Made by a program: the position numbers and the translations under genes. Positions 1-12,157 of a stretch of DNA of 64,000 bases are shown here, in pieces. The number at the start of each line of letters is the position of its first letter. Positions within the stretch are counted from its first letter, which is position 1. Origin of the DNA: Balanoglossus misakiensis (taxonomy: Eukaryota; Animalia; Hemichordata); contig CM082594.2 of assembly GCA_040954595.2 (NCBI GenBank), positions 4,821,319-4,885,318 on the forward strand. Reading direction: 5' to 3'. A model generated the notes under the pieces. It did not search any database. It was not told the origin of the DNA and saw only the letters and a program-made list of their open reading frames with translations.

Positions 1-2364
1 CTGCGTTACAGCCAGATGATTAGCCATGTGACCAATTGGAACACTTCTTAATAACCAGCCATGTGATCAATTGCCTCTTCAAGGATTGGTCCAAGCTGTG
101 ATTTTCTTTTTTAAAACTTAACAATTTTGTCATCTGTTGGAAAATAACAAACCATTTTAACATTTTTTTTCCTGTTCAAAAATGTTTTTGTTGTATTGTA
201 AATTGAACCAAAAACAAGTGTATTTGGTTGGAGCATGTACTTTTCAACATTACTTTTAAACAGTTGTGTGATTAAGTTGCCAAATGCATTTTTTGTTTTG
301 TCGATTAGAAAAAAAACGACTAGTATTAGATAAGTATACATAGATTGACTGATTATTGATGGCAGTTAAGGTGATTTTTAATTGCAAAAGAAAAAAAAAC
401 TGATTTCTCCAAATGCTGGAGAAATTACTAATACTAAAACTAGAATAAAATGTTAATCAGATCAGCTGATGACTTAACTAATCAAAAGTGAAACATCGTC
501 CAAAAATGTCCAAAATTTTCGGTAAATGCTAATATAATTTGTCCAAGCCCAACAGTTTATTTGACTTTCAAATTTAGGAGGTGCGAACAATTTGTAGTTT
601 ATTTGTGGAATGCCACCCCCCTCCAAATCCTGAAGATGAACCTTGTAAAACAACCCCCCCCCCCCCCCATTTACCTGTATATAGGCCCAACCTTGAAAAT
701 GAAAACTAAGAAAAAGGGTTAGCCCAAAACTTGAGGCGGGGGTGGAAGGATAAAAACCCTTTGGAGGTGAAATACAAATTGAATTAATCCCTAAAGTGTC
801 TGATATGGCTTGCCTTAAAAAGGATCGAGACCTATATTTTATGGAAGTTTTTATTTTTCAGCTTAAAAGACATTACAGAATGTAGCCGGGTGAGACCGTT
901 TCTCAGATTCTCAGAGCTGGAATATCAGAAATGAAAGCAACATTTATAGAGCAGAGATGAGATAAAAGAGTATTATATTATGTAGATACAGTGTATTCAA
1001 ATAAAAGAAAGAGTTTGAATATATCTAGCTTTGTATTAACAGATGAACCCTCAGTAAAAAAGACGAGGTTTTTTTTATCATGTCACTGCCTTTATATCAT
1101 ATATTACCAAAAATTATATACACTATAGACAATTATAGATTTTTTTTGGTTCTTACTGGAGTCTCTTTGGAGTTCTCTCGCCGTCATGGTTACCGCATAC
1201 TTGCTGTGTCAGAGTTGATTCAGCTGGTAAGCAGGGTCAGTACACTCCTGGAAAAATCATGGAATGGGGAACCATTCCTGGAAAGTCGTGCAGAGTCCTG
1301 GAAAAATGAAATTTACTCAAAAATCTATTGATAATTACTGTACAATCTCCTGGACTGAGTGTATGGACTCTGCAGATGTGAAAAATCAGAGATAATACCA
1401 GCTGAACGCTCGTGATTAACAGCATGGGTCATAGACAATTTGATCTTTTTTTGAGGTGTGCGAAGAAAAATCAGGTTATGTAGTCAAAAACGTCTTAAGA
1501 GTTTTAGTTTTTTTTTGGTACTTTATTCCCAACTTGTGACATCATACAAGATATGGTACTCTGTTTCATTGTCTACAATTGTAAGTTTTCTGTATTAAAC
1601 TACAAATGTGAAAAACTTTTGAGATTAACCGAGCCAGCCAATGAGACTGTACCCTTACACAGCATTTACATGAGGCAGCTAGCACCTTCGTCAGCCAATC
1701 AGGTTGCGGGTCAGAGGTCAGATGAAAGAATACAAATGCTGCCCGAGTTTGTTAAGGTGCAGCGACATGTAGATTCTGGCTGACCAAAAATTCTGATTTT
1801 TGAAAAAATTGTGTGATGGTACGACTGAAAAGGGGGTTGAATAGAAGGTGCTTGCACTGTGGCAGATGCCCGTGTTAAAGGAATGTGTCTCTTTGGCTGA
1901 GTGTCACATGTACAGTTTCCAGAACAATCATGAAAAAAATAATCACTCCAAAACAATTAGACAATTTTCTTCTCTGCACTTTATTTTAAGGTGTTACTTT
2001 TCTCGGTGTTGTCACTGTTTTATCCGAGGTTTTTACGGCATGTTTCATTTTATTGTTTGACTGTAAGTTTTGAAGAAAAAAAGTAATCAATTTATGGAGA
2101 AGAAAAAAATTGAGTATATCATGTAATCCCACCAAATGTTGATTATGTTTTAAATGATCTTGTTTTTGTCAGAGTTTCTGTTATTCAGTTGTACTGTACC
2201 CCGGTCAAATCAGAAAACAGATCTTTACTGTTGAAAAAAAAGTCGTGTCAGATTTTGCGTGTAAGTTGTTTAATTACTCGTTATTATAATCTGTGTGACG
2301 AACATTTCATGAACATTTCACTACATTTACACAGAAGCCACTTGATAATTGTAGAGACGCATGT

Positions 2365-2412
2365 GTTGCTAGCGGTGACAAGGAAACTGTTGCTAGCGGT
2401 GACAAGGAAACT
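2365..2412. repeat. 24-bp tandem duplication
   Basis: TGTTGCTAGCGGTGACAAGGAAAC twice in tandem. Confidence 0.85.
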
Positions 2413-3796
2413 ACTGCCTGTGTGACAATTTTTTTATCTGTTTACAAAATGTCTTAATCTATCACGTCTGCCTGGTTGAATCTAGTCGATGAATCATATA
2501 TTTTGTTTTGTTTTCTCGCTTTTACCCATCATGCCCGTCTTTACCCACAAGTCCCTGTGGCCTTTGGTTTCGATGTGTGATGGGAGTGGAGACTTCAGAA
2601 TTGTCACTGCACGCTTGTTTCAGAAATAGTCAATTATTTTTTCCAATGGAAAAAAAAGTGGAAGCAAATATCTCCTGTGTGGTGTCAGTGTCGGTGACGT
2701 GACCGACACTTGCTTTTTGGTGTTCACAGAATCCAATTCAGGCAGTGCTGAATCTGATGCTTGCTTGATGTGGAATTAATATCTGAAGATCCAAAAATGT
2801 ATCTGATTCCAAGTGAAATATTGACTTCATTGTAAAAAAAAAACAGACCAGGAGATACTTGTTCTCGCTATCGACCAAATTAGTTTCTTCTTGCGTTGTT
2901 GAAAATCCAGAGTTGTATAATCTTCTCCACTTGGAGTAGACATGATTAGGAGGAGAGAGCATGGACAGAGCCCGTCACATTGTGTTGTCTTTGTGTTGAA
3001 TCTGAATGAATCTAAGAAATTTCCAAATTACAATCTTTTGGAATTACTGCACAACTTTCAGGGGATCTGTGTCTGAAAAGGAACGATGAAAATGTATTTT
3101 TTGTAGTTTTTGTTTTTCATGTTTGCGTCAACTTGGGCATGTAAATGGCCCGATAGAAGTACCAGACACCCTAGATGAATGAAAATTCACAAGTTCTGAC
3201 TTGTTCTTACCAGTGATAAAGATCTCTATATTTCTAAAGTTTTGAGGATGGTCGCGGATTATACACACAGATTGTGTATCAAATATGACTTCCCACATCA
3301 CTGAGGGGGTCTTATGAAAACTGCAGGTTCTATCTGTGACAGAATCTTCAACCACTGCAGATCATGAAAATGTTTGCTTTTTGGTGACACGTAACTATAC
3401 ACTGTTCCATATGTCGACTTCTTCCAATTGTAGTCCTCTCTATTATCCTGTACAAATCCAAGTCTGTTGCCTTGACAACAGACAGCAGATTTTTAAGATT
3501 TGTATTTTGATCATACCTTGCTATTTGAATAAAAACTTTTGTAAATACAAAATGAGATGTCTCTGTAACCTTTATTTGCTTGTGGTTCTAAGTGTCAAAA
3601 AATGTCCGTTAGAACCACCGTGGTTCTAAGGGCCAAAAAATGTCTGACCATTTTTTCCGTCATTACTTAATTTTTCCGAATGTTTTTATATTTAATTTGA
3701 ATTTTTATCATATTAATAACAATTGAATATTGTTTGCTCATTTTATAGCGCTTTCAGCTCTACAGAATTACATACATGAATTAGATTTCTTACATC

Positions 3797-4300
3797 TCCC
3801 GCGCGCGAGGTGGCGTGTTTCAAGATGGCATCGTCTCGGATGCACTGGCCTATACAGTGCGCCCGCAGGTGGTGACTCCATCACATGCAGATTTTCTGAA
3901 GTAGACTAGAGGTGGCGTGTTTCAAGATGGCGTCTGCCTGTATGTAGTATGTACTGTCATACTGCACTGCTTTGACCCGAAACGCGTTAAAACGCTCACT
4001 TTCCTGCTGACTGTCCTTGTTCGACTTGTGGTCCAAATGAATCTGAGTAGGATTTGTGAGGAGTTGCCGCATTGGTTTCACCACAGTCCCTCTTGGGGAC
4101 TACAGACGCCGAGGAAAACGACAAAACAATATGGCGGCGCCCATGGCATAGGCATAACCACGTGCACTTCTCCAATGAATAAGGTATAGTATTCCCAAAT
4201 TGAGTTTCACATAAGGAAGTGATCAAAATGCAATGGCGGCACCCATAAGAATAACATAGTGTGTTCCCGGCGTAACGCGTATCGGTGATAATGCCATGTT
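3797..4300. promoter_or_regulatory. Small CpG-rich promoter-like island with YY1-type motifs
   Basis: Local CpG richness in a CpG-poor region; GAGGTGGCGTGTTTCAAGATGGC duplicated (about 3807 and 3909); ATGGCGGC at about 4131 and 4233. Confidence 0.45.
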
Positions 4301-4332
4301 CGATTTGATTGCTTGTTTATTTTGATTGATTA

Positions 4333-5062
4333 GGCTGCATACACAAACACCTCTGGAGGGGGCGGGGCGGGAGAATTTGAAAAAATTGAGGGTATGTAAG
4401 GGGGGAATTTGAAAAAATTGAGGGTATGTAAGGGGGGGATTTGAAATAATTTAGGGACTGTAAAGGGGGGGACTTGAAAACTTTGAGGACTAAATATTTA
4501 TTTTGAGTCCACAAAAATGCAGTTTTGAACCCTTCATGATACAAATTTTTCTCTTACCAACCACCCCCCCCCCCCCCCGCTAACTTTGAGCGCCGAAGGT
4601 TAAATTTGTCCTCCCCAACATACCGGTAGTTGAGTTAATTTGCTTTTGGGTTCATTAAAATGCAGTTTTGAACTCTGTATTTTGTAAAATTTTCTTACGT
4701 GGGAGGGGGACACCCCCTCCCAAACCCACCCCCTTCACTTCTCGGTTTACAATGTCTCCCAACACAGAATACAAAATACTTAAAAAATAGAAACAATGTT
4801 CAGTTTTAATACCCACTGATAAGGGGAAACATCAGTTTCAAATTCTTTCCATGGGAACGCTGTTTTTCTTTTTTACAAGATAGATAGGTGATGTGTTTTG
4901 CTGTGTGAAAGAAATTGGGGGGGGGGGGGGGATTTGAAAATTTTAGCAGTTCGGAAGGGGGGGGGATTTGAAAATATTTCGGGTTGTTGAGGGGGGCATG
5001 TGAAAATTAACAAAAATTGAATTCCCCCCCCCCCTCCTCCAGAGGTGTTTGTGAATGCAGCC
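4333..5062. mobile_element. Non-autonomous PIF/Harbinger-type DNA transposon (MITE), 730 bp
   Basis: 27-bp TIRs GGCTGCATWCACAAACACCTCTGGAGG (26/27 match), TTA target duplication at 4330-4332 and 5063-5065, internal G/C runs, no transposase. GG termini with a TWA TSD are characteristic of PIF/Harbinger. Confidence 0.88.
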
Positions 5063-5523
5063 TTAATTGGATTCATTTTGCCGATGTGCAGTACCTCAGA
5101 AGGTCTTTGATTGGTTAGCAATATGATTGACAAAAAAATTTAGGGTTAGGGGTTAAAGGATTTTTTTTGTAAATCAATTTCTCTGTTGTCCAAATTTCTC
5201 TTGGTCAACATTTAACCTACCCCCTTAACTACCTACTGAGAGTGCCAGAAATTTCTGGCATATTTAATTGCCTTATACCTTGCATGCCTGATAAATCTTG
5301 CTCAAAATATTAGGGATCTGTAGTTTGTTTTGTATATAGGGTGAAAATTAGGTGTTTGTTTACAATGACCATTGGCTTGAAAAGTCTGACATCAAGACAC
5401 AAAATCAACTTTCTTGGTTGGAATTTTTTATTCTTTAAATTTAATGAAACATTAAATTCAACTTTGCATATGGCTGACAATGTTATTTAGTTAATCAATT
5501 TCATTTTGTCTTAATTTCTTTAG

Positions 5524-5630
5524 GTGCTTCCTGTCGATGTGGTCTCATGAGTCCCAAGGAATGTAAGAAGTGTCCGCTGTGCCTAGCTGAGATCACATAC
5601 CTCGAACATGTCTTCTTTTCCTGTGATTGA
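5524..5630 (+). pseudogene. Exon encoding the C-terminal half of an IAP/MDM2-type RING finger; N-terminal half not found
   Basis: After the acceptor TTTCTTTAG| the phase-1 frame reads (x)ASCRCGLMSPKECKKCPLCLAEITYLEHVFFSCD*, i.e. xxC...CPxCxxxIxxxxxxF near a protein end. Donor AAG|GTAAGC at 5655. Too short to appear in the ORF track. Confidence 0.5.
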
Positions 5631-5897
5631 CAAATGAAGAATTGTGATTAATAAGGTAAGCTTGATATAGTACATATTTGTTTGTCATGTGTAATCAATA
5701 GTAGGTCTCACATTGTTCACTTGTACTAGCCAATTGTCTAAATTTCCAAAGTTTTATTTTGTGTGTTGAAAATTGATAAAGTTTCCTTGTCCACTGTGTT
5801 TAGTAAGTTCAAGTTCAACCCTGAGTGGTGAGGGTCAAAAAAGTTCAGAGTAGATTGTGTTTCTAACACTTGAGGGCTCTGTTGTTAATTCTTTCCT

Positions 5898-8800
5898 CAA
5901 TGTAGGCAGAATCAAGAATTTGTCATCTGTTGGCAAATTTCATGAGCTATAACCCATGAAAAAATTTGCGAAAATGACCATCTGACCAATGTAGGCAGAA
6001 TCGAGAATTTGTCATCTGTTGACAAATTTCATGAGCTATAACCCATGAAAAATGTCCCAAAATGACCATATCACCAATGTAGGCGGAATTGAGAATTTGT
6101 CATCTGTTGACAATTTTCATGAGCTATAACCCATGAAAAATGTGCAAAAATGACCATATCACCAATGTAGGCAGAATCGAGAATTTGTCATCTGTTGACA
6201 ATTTTGATGAGCTATAACCCATGAAAAATGTGCAAAAATGACCATCTCACCAATGTAGGCAGAATCGAGAATTTGTCATCTGTTGACAATTTTGATGAGC
6301 TATAACCCATGAAAAATGTCCAAAAATGACCATATCACCAATGTAGGCAGAATCGAGAATTTGTCATCTGTTGACAATTTTGATGAGCTATAACCCATGA
6401 AAAATGTCCCAAAATGACCATATCACCAATGTAGGCAGAATCGAGAATTTGTCATCTGTTGACAATTTCATGAGCTATAACCCATGAAAAATGTGCAAAA
6501 ATGACCATCTCACCAATGTAGGCAGAATCGAGAATTTGTCATCTGTTGACAATTTTGATGAGCTATAACCCATGAAAAATGTCCAAAAATGACCATATCA
6601 CCAATGTAGGCGGAATTGAGAATTTGTCATCTGTTGACAATTTTCATGAGCTATAACCCATGAAAAATGTCCAAAAATGACCATATCACCAATGTAGGCG
6701 GAATCGAGAATTTGTCATATGTTGACAATTTTCATGAGCTATAACCCATGAAAAATGTGCAAAAATGACCATCTCACCAATGTAGGCAGAATCGAGAATT
6801 TGTCATCTGTTGACAATTTTCATGAGCTATAACCCATGAAAAATGTGCAAAAATGACCATCTCACCAATGTAGGCAGAATCGAGAATTTGTCATCTGTTG
6901 ACAATTTTCATGAGCTATAACCCATGAAAAATGTCCAAAAATGACCATCTCACCAATGTAGGCAGAATCGAGAATTTGTCATCTGTTGACAAATTTGATG
7001 AGCTATAACCCATGAAAAATGTCCCAAAATGACCAAATCTTCAAAGTTCGCAAAATCGAGAATTTGTCATCTGTTGACAATTTTCATGAGCTATAACCCA
7101 TGAAAAATGTCCAAAAATGACCATCTGACCAATGTAGGCAGAATCGAGAATTTGTCATCTGTTGACAAATTTCATGAGCTATAACCCATGAAAAATGTCC
7201 CAAAATGACCATATCACCAATGTAGGCGGAATTGAGAATTTGTCATCTGTTGACAATTTTCATGAGCTATAACCCATGAAAAATGTCCAAAAATGACCAT
7301 ATCACCAATGTAGGCGGAATCCAGAATTTGTCATATGTTGACAATTTTCATGAGCTATAACCCATGAAAAATGTGCAAAAATGACCATCTCACCAATGTA
7401 GGCAGAATCGAGAATTTGTCATCTGTTGACAATTTTGATTAGCTATAACCCATGAAAAATGTGCAAAAATGACCATCTCACCAATGTAGGCAGAATCGAG
7501 AATTTGTCATCTGTTGACAATTTTGATTAGCTATAACCCATGAAAAATGTCCAAAAATGACCATCTCACCAATGTAGGCAGAATCGAGAATTTGTCATCT
7601 GTTGACAAATTTGATGAGCTATAACCCATGAAAAATGTCCCAAAATGACCAAATCTTCAAAGTTCGCAAAATCGAGAATTTGTCATCTGTTGACAAATTT
7701 GATGAGCTATAACCCATGAAAAATGTCCAAAAATGACCAAATCTTCAAAGTTCGCAAAATCGAGAATTTGTCATCTGTTGACAATTTTCATGAGCTATAA
7801 CCCATGAAAAATGTCCAAAAATGACCATCTGACCAATGTAGGCAGAATCGAGAATTTGTCATCTGTTGACAAATTTGATGAGCTATAACCCATGAAAAAT
7901 GTGCAAAAAAAACCAAATCTTCAAAGTTCGCAAAATCGAGAATTTGTCATCTGTTGACAATTTTCATGAGCCATGAAAAATGTCCAAAAATGACCATACC
8001 ACCAATGTAGGCAGAATCGAGAATTTGTCATCTGTTAACAAATTTGATGAGCTATAACCCATGAAAAATGTGCAAAAATAACAAAATCTTCAAAGTTCGC
8101 AAAATCGAGAATTTGTCATCTGTTGACAAATTACATGAGCTATAACCCATGAAAAATGTCCAAAAATGACCATACCACCAATGTAGGCAGAATCGAGAAT
8201 TTGTCATCTGTTGACAAATTTCATGAGCTATAACCCATGAAAAATGTCCAAAAATGACCATATCACCAATGTAGGCAGAATCGAGAATTTGTCATCTGTT
8301 GACAATTTTGATTAGCTATAACCCATGAAAAATGTCCAAAAATGACCAAATCTTCAAAGTTCGCAAAATCGAGAATTTGTCATCTGTTGACAAATTTGAT
8401 GAGCTATAACCCATGAAAAATGTCCCAAAATGACCAAATCTTCAAAGTTCGCAAAATCGAGAATTTGTCATCTGTTGACAAATTTGATGAGCTATAACCC
8501 ATGAAAAATGTCCCAAAATGACCAAATCTTCAAAGTTCGCAAAATCGAGAATTTGTCATCTGTTGACAATTTTCATGAGCTATAACCCATGAAAAATGTC
8601 CAAAAATGACCATCTGACCAATGTAGGCAGAATCGAGAATTTGTCATCTGTTGACAAATTTCATGAGCTATAGAAAAATGTGCAAAAATGACCATCTCAC
8701 CAATGTAGGCAGAATCGAGAATTTGTCATCTGTTGACAAATTTCATGAGCTATAACCCATGAAAAATGTCCAAAAATGACCAAATCTTCAAAGTTCGCAA

Positions 8801-9605
8801 AATCGAGAATTTGTCATCTGTTGACAAATTACATGAGCTATAACCCATGAAAAATGTCCAAAAATGACCATACCACCAATGTAGGCAGAATCGAGAATTT
8901 GTCATCTGTTGACAAATTTGATGAGCTATAACCCATGAAAAATGTGCAAAAATAACCAAATCTTCAAAGTTTGCAAAATCGAGAATTTGTCATCTGTTGA
9001 CAAATTACATGAGCTATAACCCATGAAAAATGTCCAAAAATGACCAAATCTTCAAAGTTCGCAAAATCGGGAATTTGTCATCTGTTGGCAAATTTCATGA
9101 GTTATAACCCATGAAAAATGTCCAAAAATGACCATACCACCAATGTAGGCAGAATCGAGAATTTGTCATCTGTTGACAAATTTCATGAGCTCTATAACCC
9201 ATGAAAAATGTGCAAAAATGACCATACCACCAATGTAGGCAGAATCGAGAATTTGTCATCTGTTGACAAATTTCATGAGCTATAACCCATGAAAAATGTC
9301 CAAAAATGACCATACCACCAATGTAGGCAGAATCGAGAATTTGTCATCTGTTGACAAATTTCATGAGCTATAACCCATGAAAAATGTGCAAAAATGACCA
9401 TCTCACCAATGTAGGCAGAATCGAGAATTTGTCATCTGTTGACAAATTTGATGAGCTATAACCCATGAAAAATGTGCAAAAATAACCAAATCTTCAAAGT
9501 TGCAAAATCGAGAATTTGTCATCTGTTGACAAATTTCATGAGCTATAACCCTTAAAAATGTCCTTAAAATGACCATTTCACCAATGTAGGCAGAATTGAG
9601 AATTT
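5898..9605. repeat. 88-bp tandem satellite, about 42 copies, two interleaved unit variants
   Basis: Unit CAATGTAGGCAGAATCGAGAATTTGTCATCTGTTGACAATTTTCATGAGCTATAACCCATGAAAAATGTCCAAAAATGACCATATCAC; period 88 (e.g. 6161 to 6249). 12 units carry AAATCTTCAAAGTTCGCAAAATCG instead of ATATCACCAATGTAGGCAGAATCG. Confidence 0.98.
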
Positions 9606-10090
9606 ATCTTGCTGTTATGGCACATGGATGATTAATCACCAGAATGCCAGAATGCCAAGGTCATACAATGGTCATGCAAGTGGCCTATTACACATAGACT
9701 AGAGTCAGTCTTTTTGTTTAAGTGCTAATATTGTTAAACTTACCTTGATTTTTTTTTGCTTTGCAGCGAAGGTGAAATCAACTCAATACTCAAACGATGG
9801 TTTACAGAATCCAAGGGCACTGCATGTTCAGGTAGGACTGAATCAATCTCAATCTGACACACACACACACACACTTGAAGCCACATCCCTTCATCTCACT
9901 GTCATTAACACAATTGGAACCACTTTGTGATAACAAGATCTTGAATAGTCAGAAAAAATAGCATTTATAGTTGTGAAAAAACTGCAATTGTTATATTTTT
10001 CCTGGCAGACAATTTGCAAAAATGTCAATGCAGTTTCATAGAATTGTTCATTTATAGATATGTCTGAGTTTCTAAGTATGTTTTAAATTG

Positions 10091-10820
10091 AAAGTAGAGA
10101 GTAAATTCTGAAAAATTCTAAGTATTTTTCGAATGTGAAAGTATAGAGTAAAGCCTGAAAAATTTCAAAGTTTGTTTTTAATATCAAAGTATAGAGTGAA
10201 GCCTGAAAAATTTCTTAACTATTTTTTTAATGTTAAAGTATAGAGTGAAGCCTGAAAAATTTCAAAGTTTGTTTCGAATGTGAAAGTATAGAGTAAAGCC
10301 TGAAAAATTTCAAAGTTTGTTTCGAATGTTAAAGTATAGAGTGAAGCCTGAAAAATTTCTAAGTGTTTTTAATATCAAAGTATAGAGTAAAGCCTGAAAA
10401 ATTTCTAAGTTTTTTTTAATGTTAAAGTATAGAGTGAAGCCTGAAAAATTTCTAAGTGTTTTTAATATCAAAGTGTAGAGTAAAGCCCGAAAAATTTCTA
10501 AGTGTTTTTAATAAGTATAGAGTGAAGCCTGAAAAATTTCTAAGTGTTTTTAATAAGTATAGAGTAAAGCCTGAAAAATTTCTTAACTATTTTTTTAATG
10601 TTAAAGTATAGAGTGAAGCCTGAAAAATTTCTAAGTGTTTTTAATATCAAAGTGTAGAGTAAAGCCCGAAAAATTTCTAAGTGTTTTTAATAAGTATAGA
10701 GTAAAGCCTGAAAAATTTCTTAACTATTTTTTTAATGTTAAAGTATAGAGTGAAGCCTGAAAAATTTCTAAGTGTTTTTAATAAGTATAGAGTAAAGCCT
10801 GAAAAATTTCTAAGTGTTTT
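10091..10820. repeat. AT-rich minisatellite, 42-49-bp unit, about 16 copies
   Basis: Core AAAGTATAGAGTRAAGCCTGAAAAATTTCTAAG recurs about every 47 bp with a variable T-rich linker. Confidence 0.95.
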
Positions 10821-11029
10821 TTTTTTTTTACAAAAAAGCAGACACCAAGGATTGAAATTTATTGTATTTTATTTCATTTTCATATTTCATATTTCATATT
10901 GAAATTTAACTCGTATTCACTTGTCGTTTCAGGTCTATCTGTTGAATGGTTGATGACCAATCGAAAGAAGTGGAGTCCAGCCGGGATCTGAAAAGACAAG
11001 GCAAGTGTTAGAAAATGCAAGTTATGTAG

Positions 11030-11103
11030 GGGGCATACACAAGTTTCAAAAATTTTCTAAGTCAAACAAAACTTAGAAAATTTTAGAAACTTGTATATGC
11101 CCC
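11030..11103. repeat. Imperfect inverted repeat (hairpin), about 33-bp arms
   Basis: GGGGCATACACAAGTTTCAAAAATTTTCTAAGT ... ACTTAGAAAATTTTAGAAACTTGTATATGCCCC. Confidence 0.88.
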
Positions 11104-11242
11104 AACGTGGTGGTATAGACAAATTTCAAATTTTTAGCGTTTCTGACTTAGTTTTTTTTTTTGCTTTTTATATGCCATCCCTAACCCCCACCCTTACCTC
11201 CCCATGAGTGTACAGCAGAGACTAATAAATCCCTAGCACAAC

Positions 11243-11420
11243 TCTTACATCAGTTGAGCTAAGTTAAATTTTTTTTTTACAAGTGCATTATGGGCATCCT
11301 AATCTATGCAAGATCTTTTCAGATGCAAAACATTTTTGCATTAGAAAAGATCTTGCATAGATTAGGATGCCCGTAATGCACTTGTAAAAAAAAATAGAAA
11401 TTTGCTCAACCGAAGTAAGA
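11243..11420. repeat. Long inverted repeat (about 178-bp fold-back)
   Basis: TTTTTTTACAAGTGCATTATGGGCATCCTAATCTATGCAAGATCTTTTC pairs with GAAAAGATCTTGCATAGATTAGGATGCCCGTAATGCACTTGTAAAAAAA; outer arms TCTTAC...GTTGAGC and GCTCAAC...GTAAGA. Confidence 0.92.
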
Positions 11421-11920
11421 CACACACACACAATTACATTGCTAAGTTATTCTCCTAATCAAATTTTATTTTCTTCCTTAGGTGCAGGGAGATTGCCATG
11501 GACTCGGTTGTACACATCAATTAAGATTTAATGCAGTTTTGGAATCTATCAATCATACAATATTCCTAAGTTTTAAAACTATTGACAGTTATACATGCAC
11601 ACATTCTAGACTGCCTATTTCTATTATTGTCAGAGCATTTCAAAATTGTCCGCTTATTTTATAAAGTAAATAAAAGAATTGCATTATTCAAGGAAAATTG
11701 TCTGTTCTGTCTTTGTGGTGACCCTGATATTCATTACGAACACTAGCTGTGATTTTTATCTAAAATGCAATGAAATTGCATTATGCTATTTTAGGAACTG
11801 GATCAAAGTCTTCTGAATTGACTGGAAATTAACATCCCTTACGGAAGTACCTGACTCGGAACATGCTAAAGGCAATTTCAGATTTGAATAAAGTGAGGAA
11901 TACTGCAAATTTTTTAACTA

Positions 11921-12031
11921 GAAACACTCTCAAATTTGAATTTCAAAATGGCCGCCAAAATTTACTGAGAAACATTCTCAAATTTGAATTTCAAAATGGC
12001 CGCCAAAATTTACTGAGAAACATTCTCAAAT
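11921..12031. repeat. 48-bp tandem duplication (about 2.3 copies) containing CAAAATGGCCGCC (YY1-like)
   Basis: GAAACAYTCTCAAATTTGAATTTCAAAATGGCCGCCAAAATTTACTGA at 11921 and 11969, partial copy at 12017. Confidence 0.9.
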
Positions 12032-12157
12032 CAACTGGAATTGTAAATATAATTCTGTTTCAAATTCAATCAGTTTTCACTTTCTTTTATGAGCTATTGC
12101 AATTTTTATTCTTCATGTGAACAAAATGTACGAGTTTTGATTTCAAACTTTGTCAGC

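Larger units (their letters stand above)
5524..11700 (+). ncRNA. Putative spliced, polyadenylated transcript (exons 5524-5655, 9767-9831, 10933-11000, 11482-~11695); non-coding or 3' part of a RING gene
   Basis: Four pyrimidine-tract AG acceptors; donors GTAAGC, GTAGGA and GCAAGT (GC-AG type); AATAAA at 11669-11674 followed by GU-rich TGTCTGTTCTGTCTTTGTGGTG. No expression evidence. Confidence 0.45.

Noticed and set aside
1991-2062. Candidate exon (TTTTAAG|...ACT|GTAAGT) as the missing first half of the RING finger
   Set aside because: The phase is compatible, but the peptide (VTFLGVVTVLSEVFTACFILLFD) lacks the CxxC...CxH ligands.
8052-9313. Repeated minus-strand ORFs MVIFGHFSWVIAHEICQQM...
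   Set aside because: Translations of the satellite; 88 is not a multiple of 3 and stops recur.
5898-9605. 88-bp array as a CRISPR array (palindromic constant part plus a variable segment)
   Set aside because: The variable segment has only two related states, not unique spacers; there are no cas genes; the context is a spliced animal locus.
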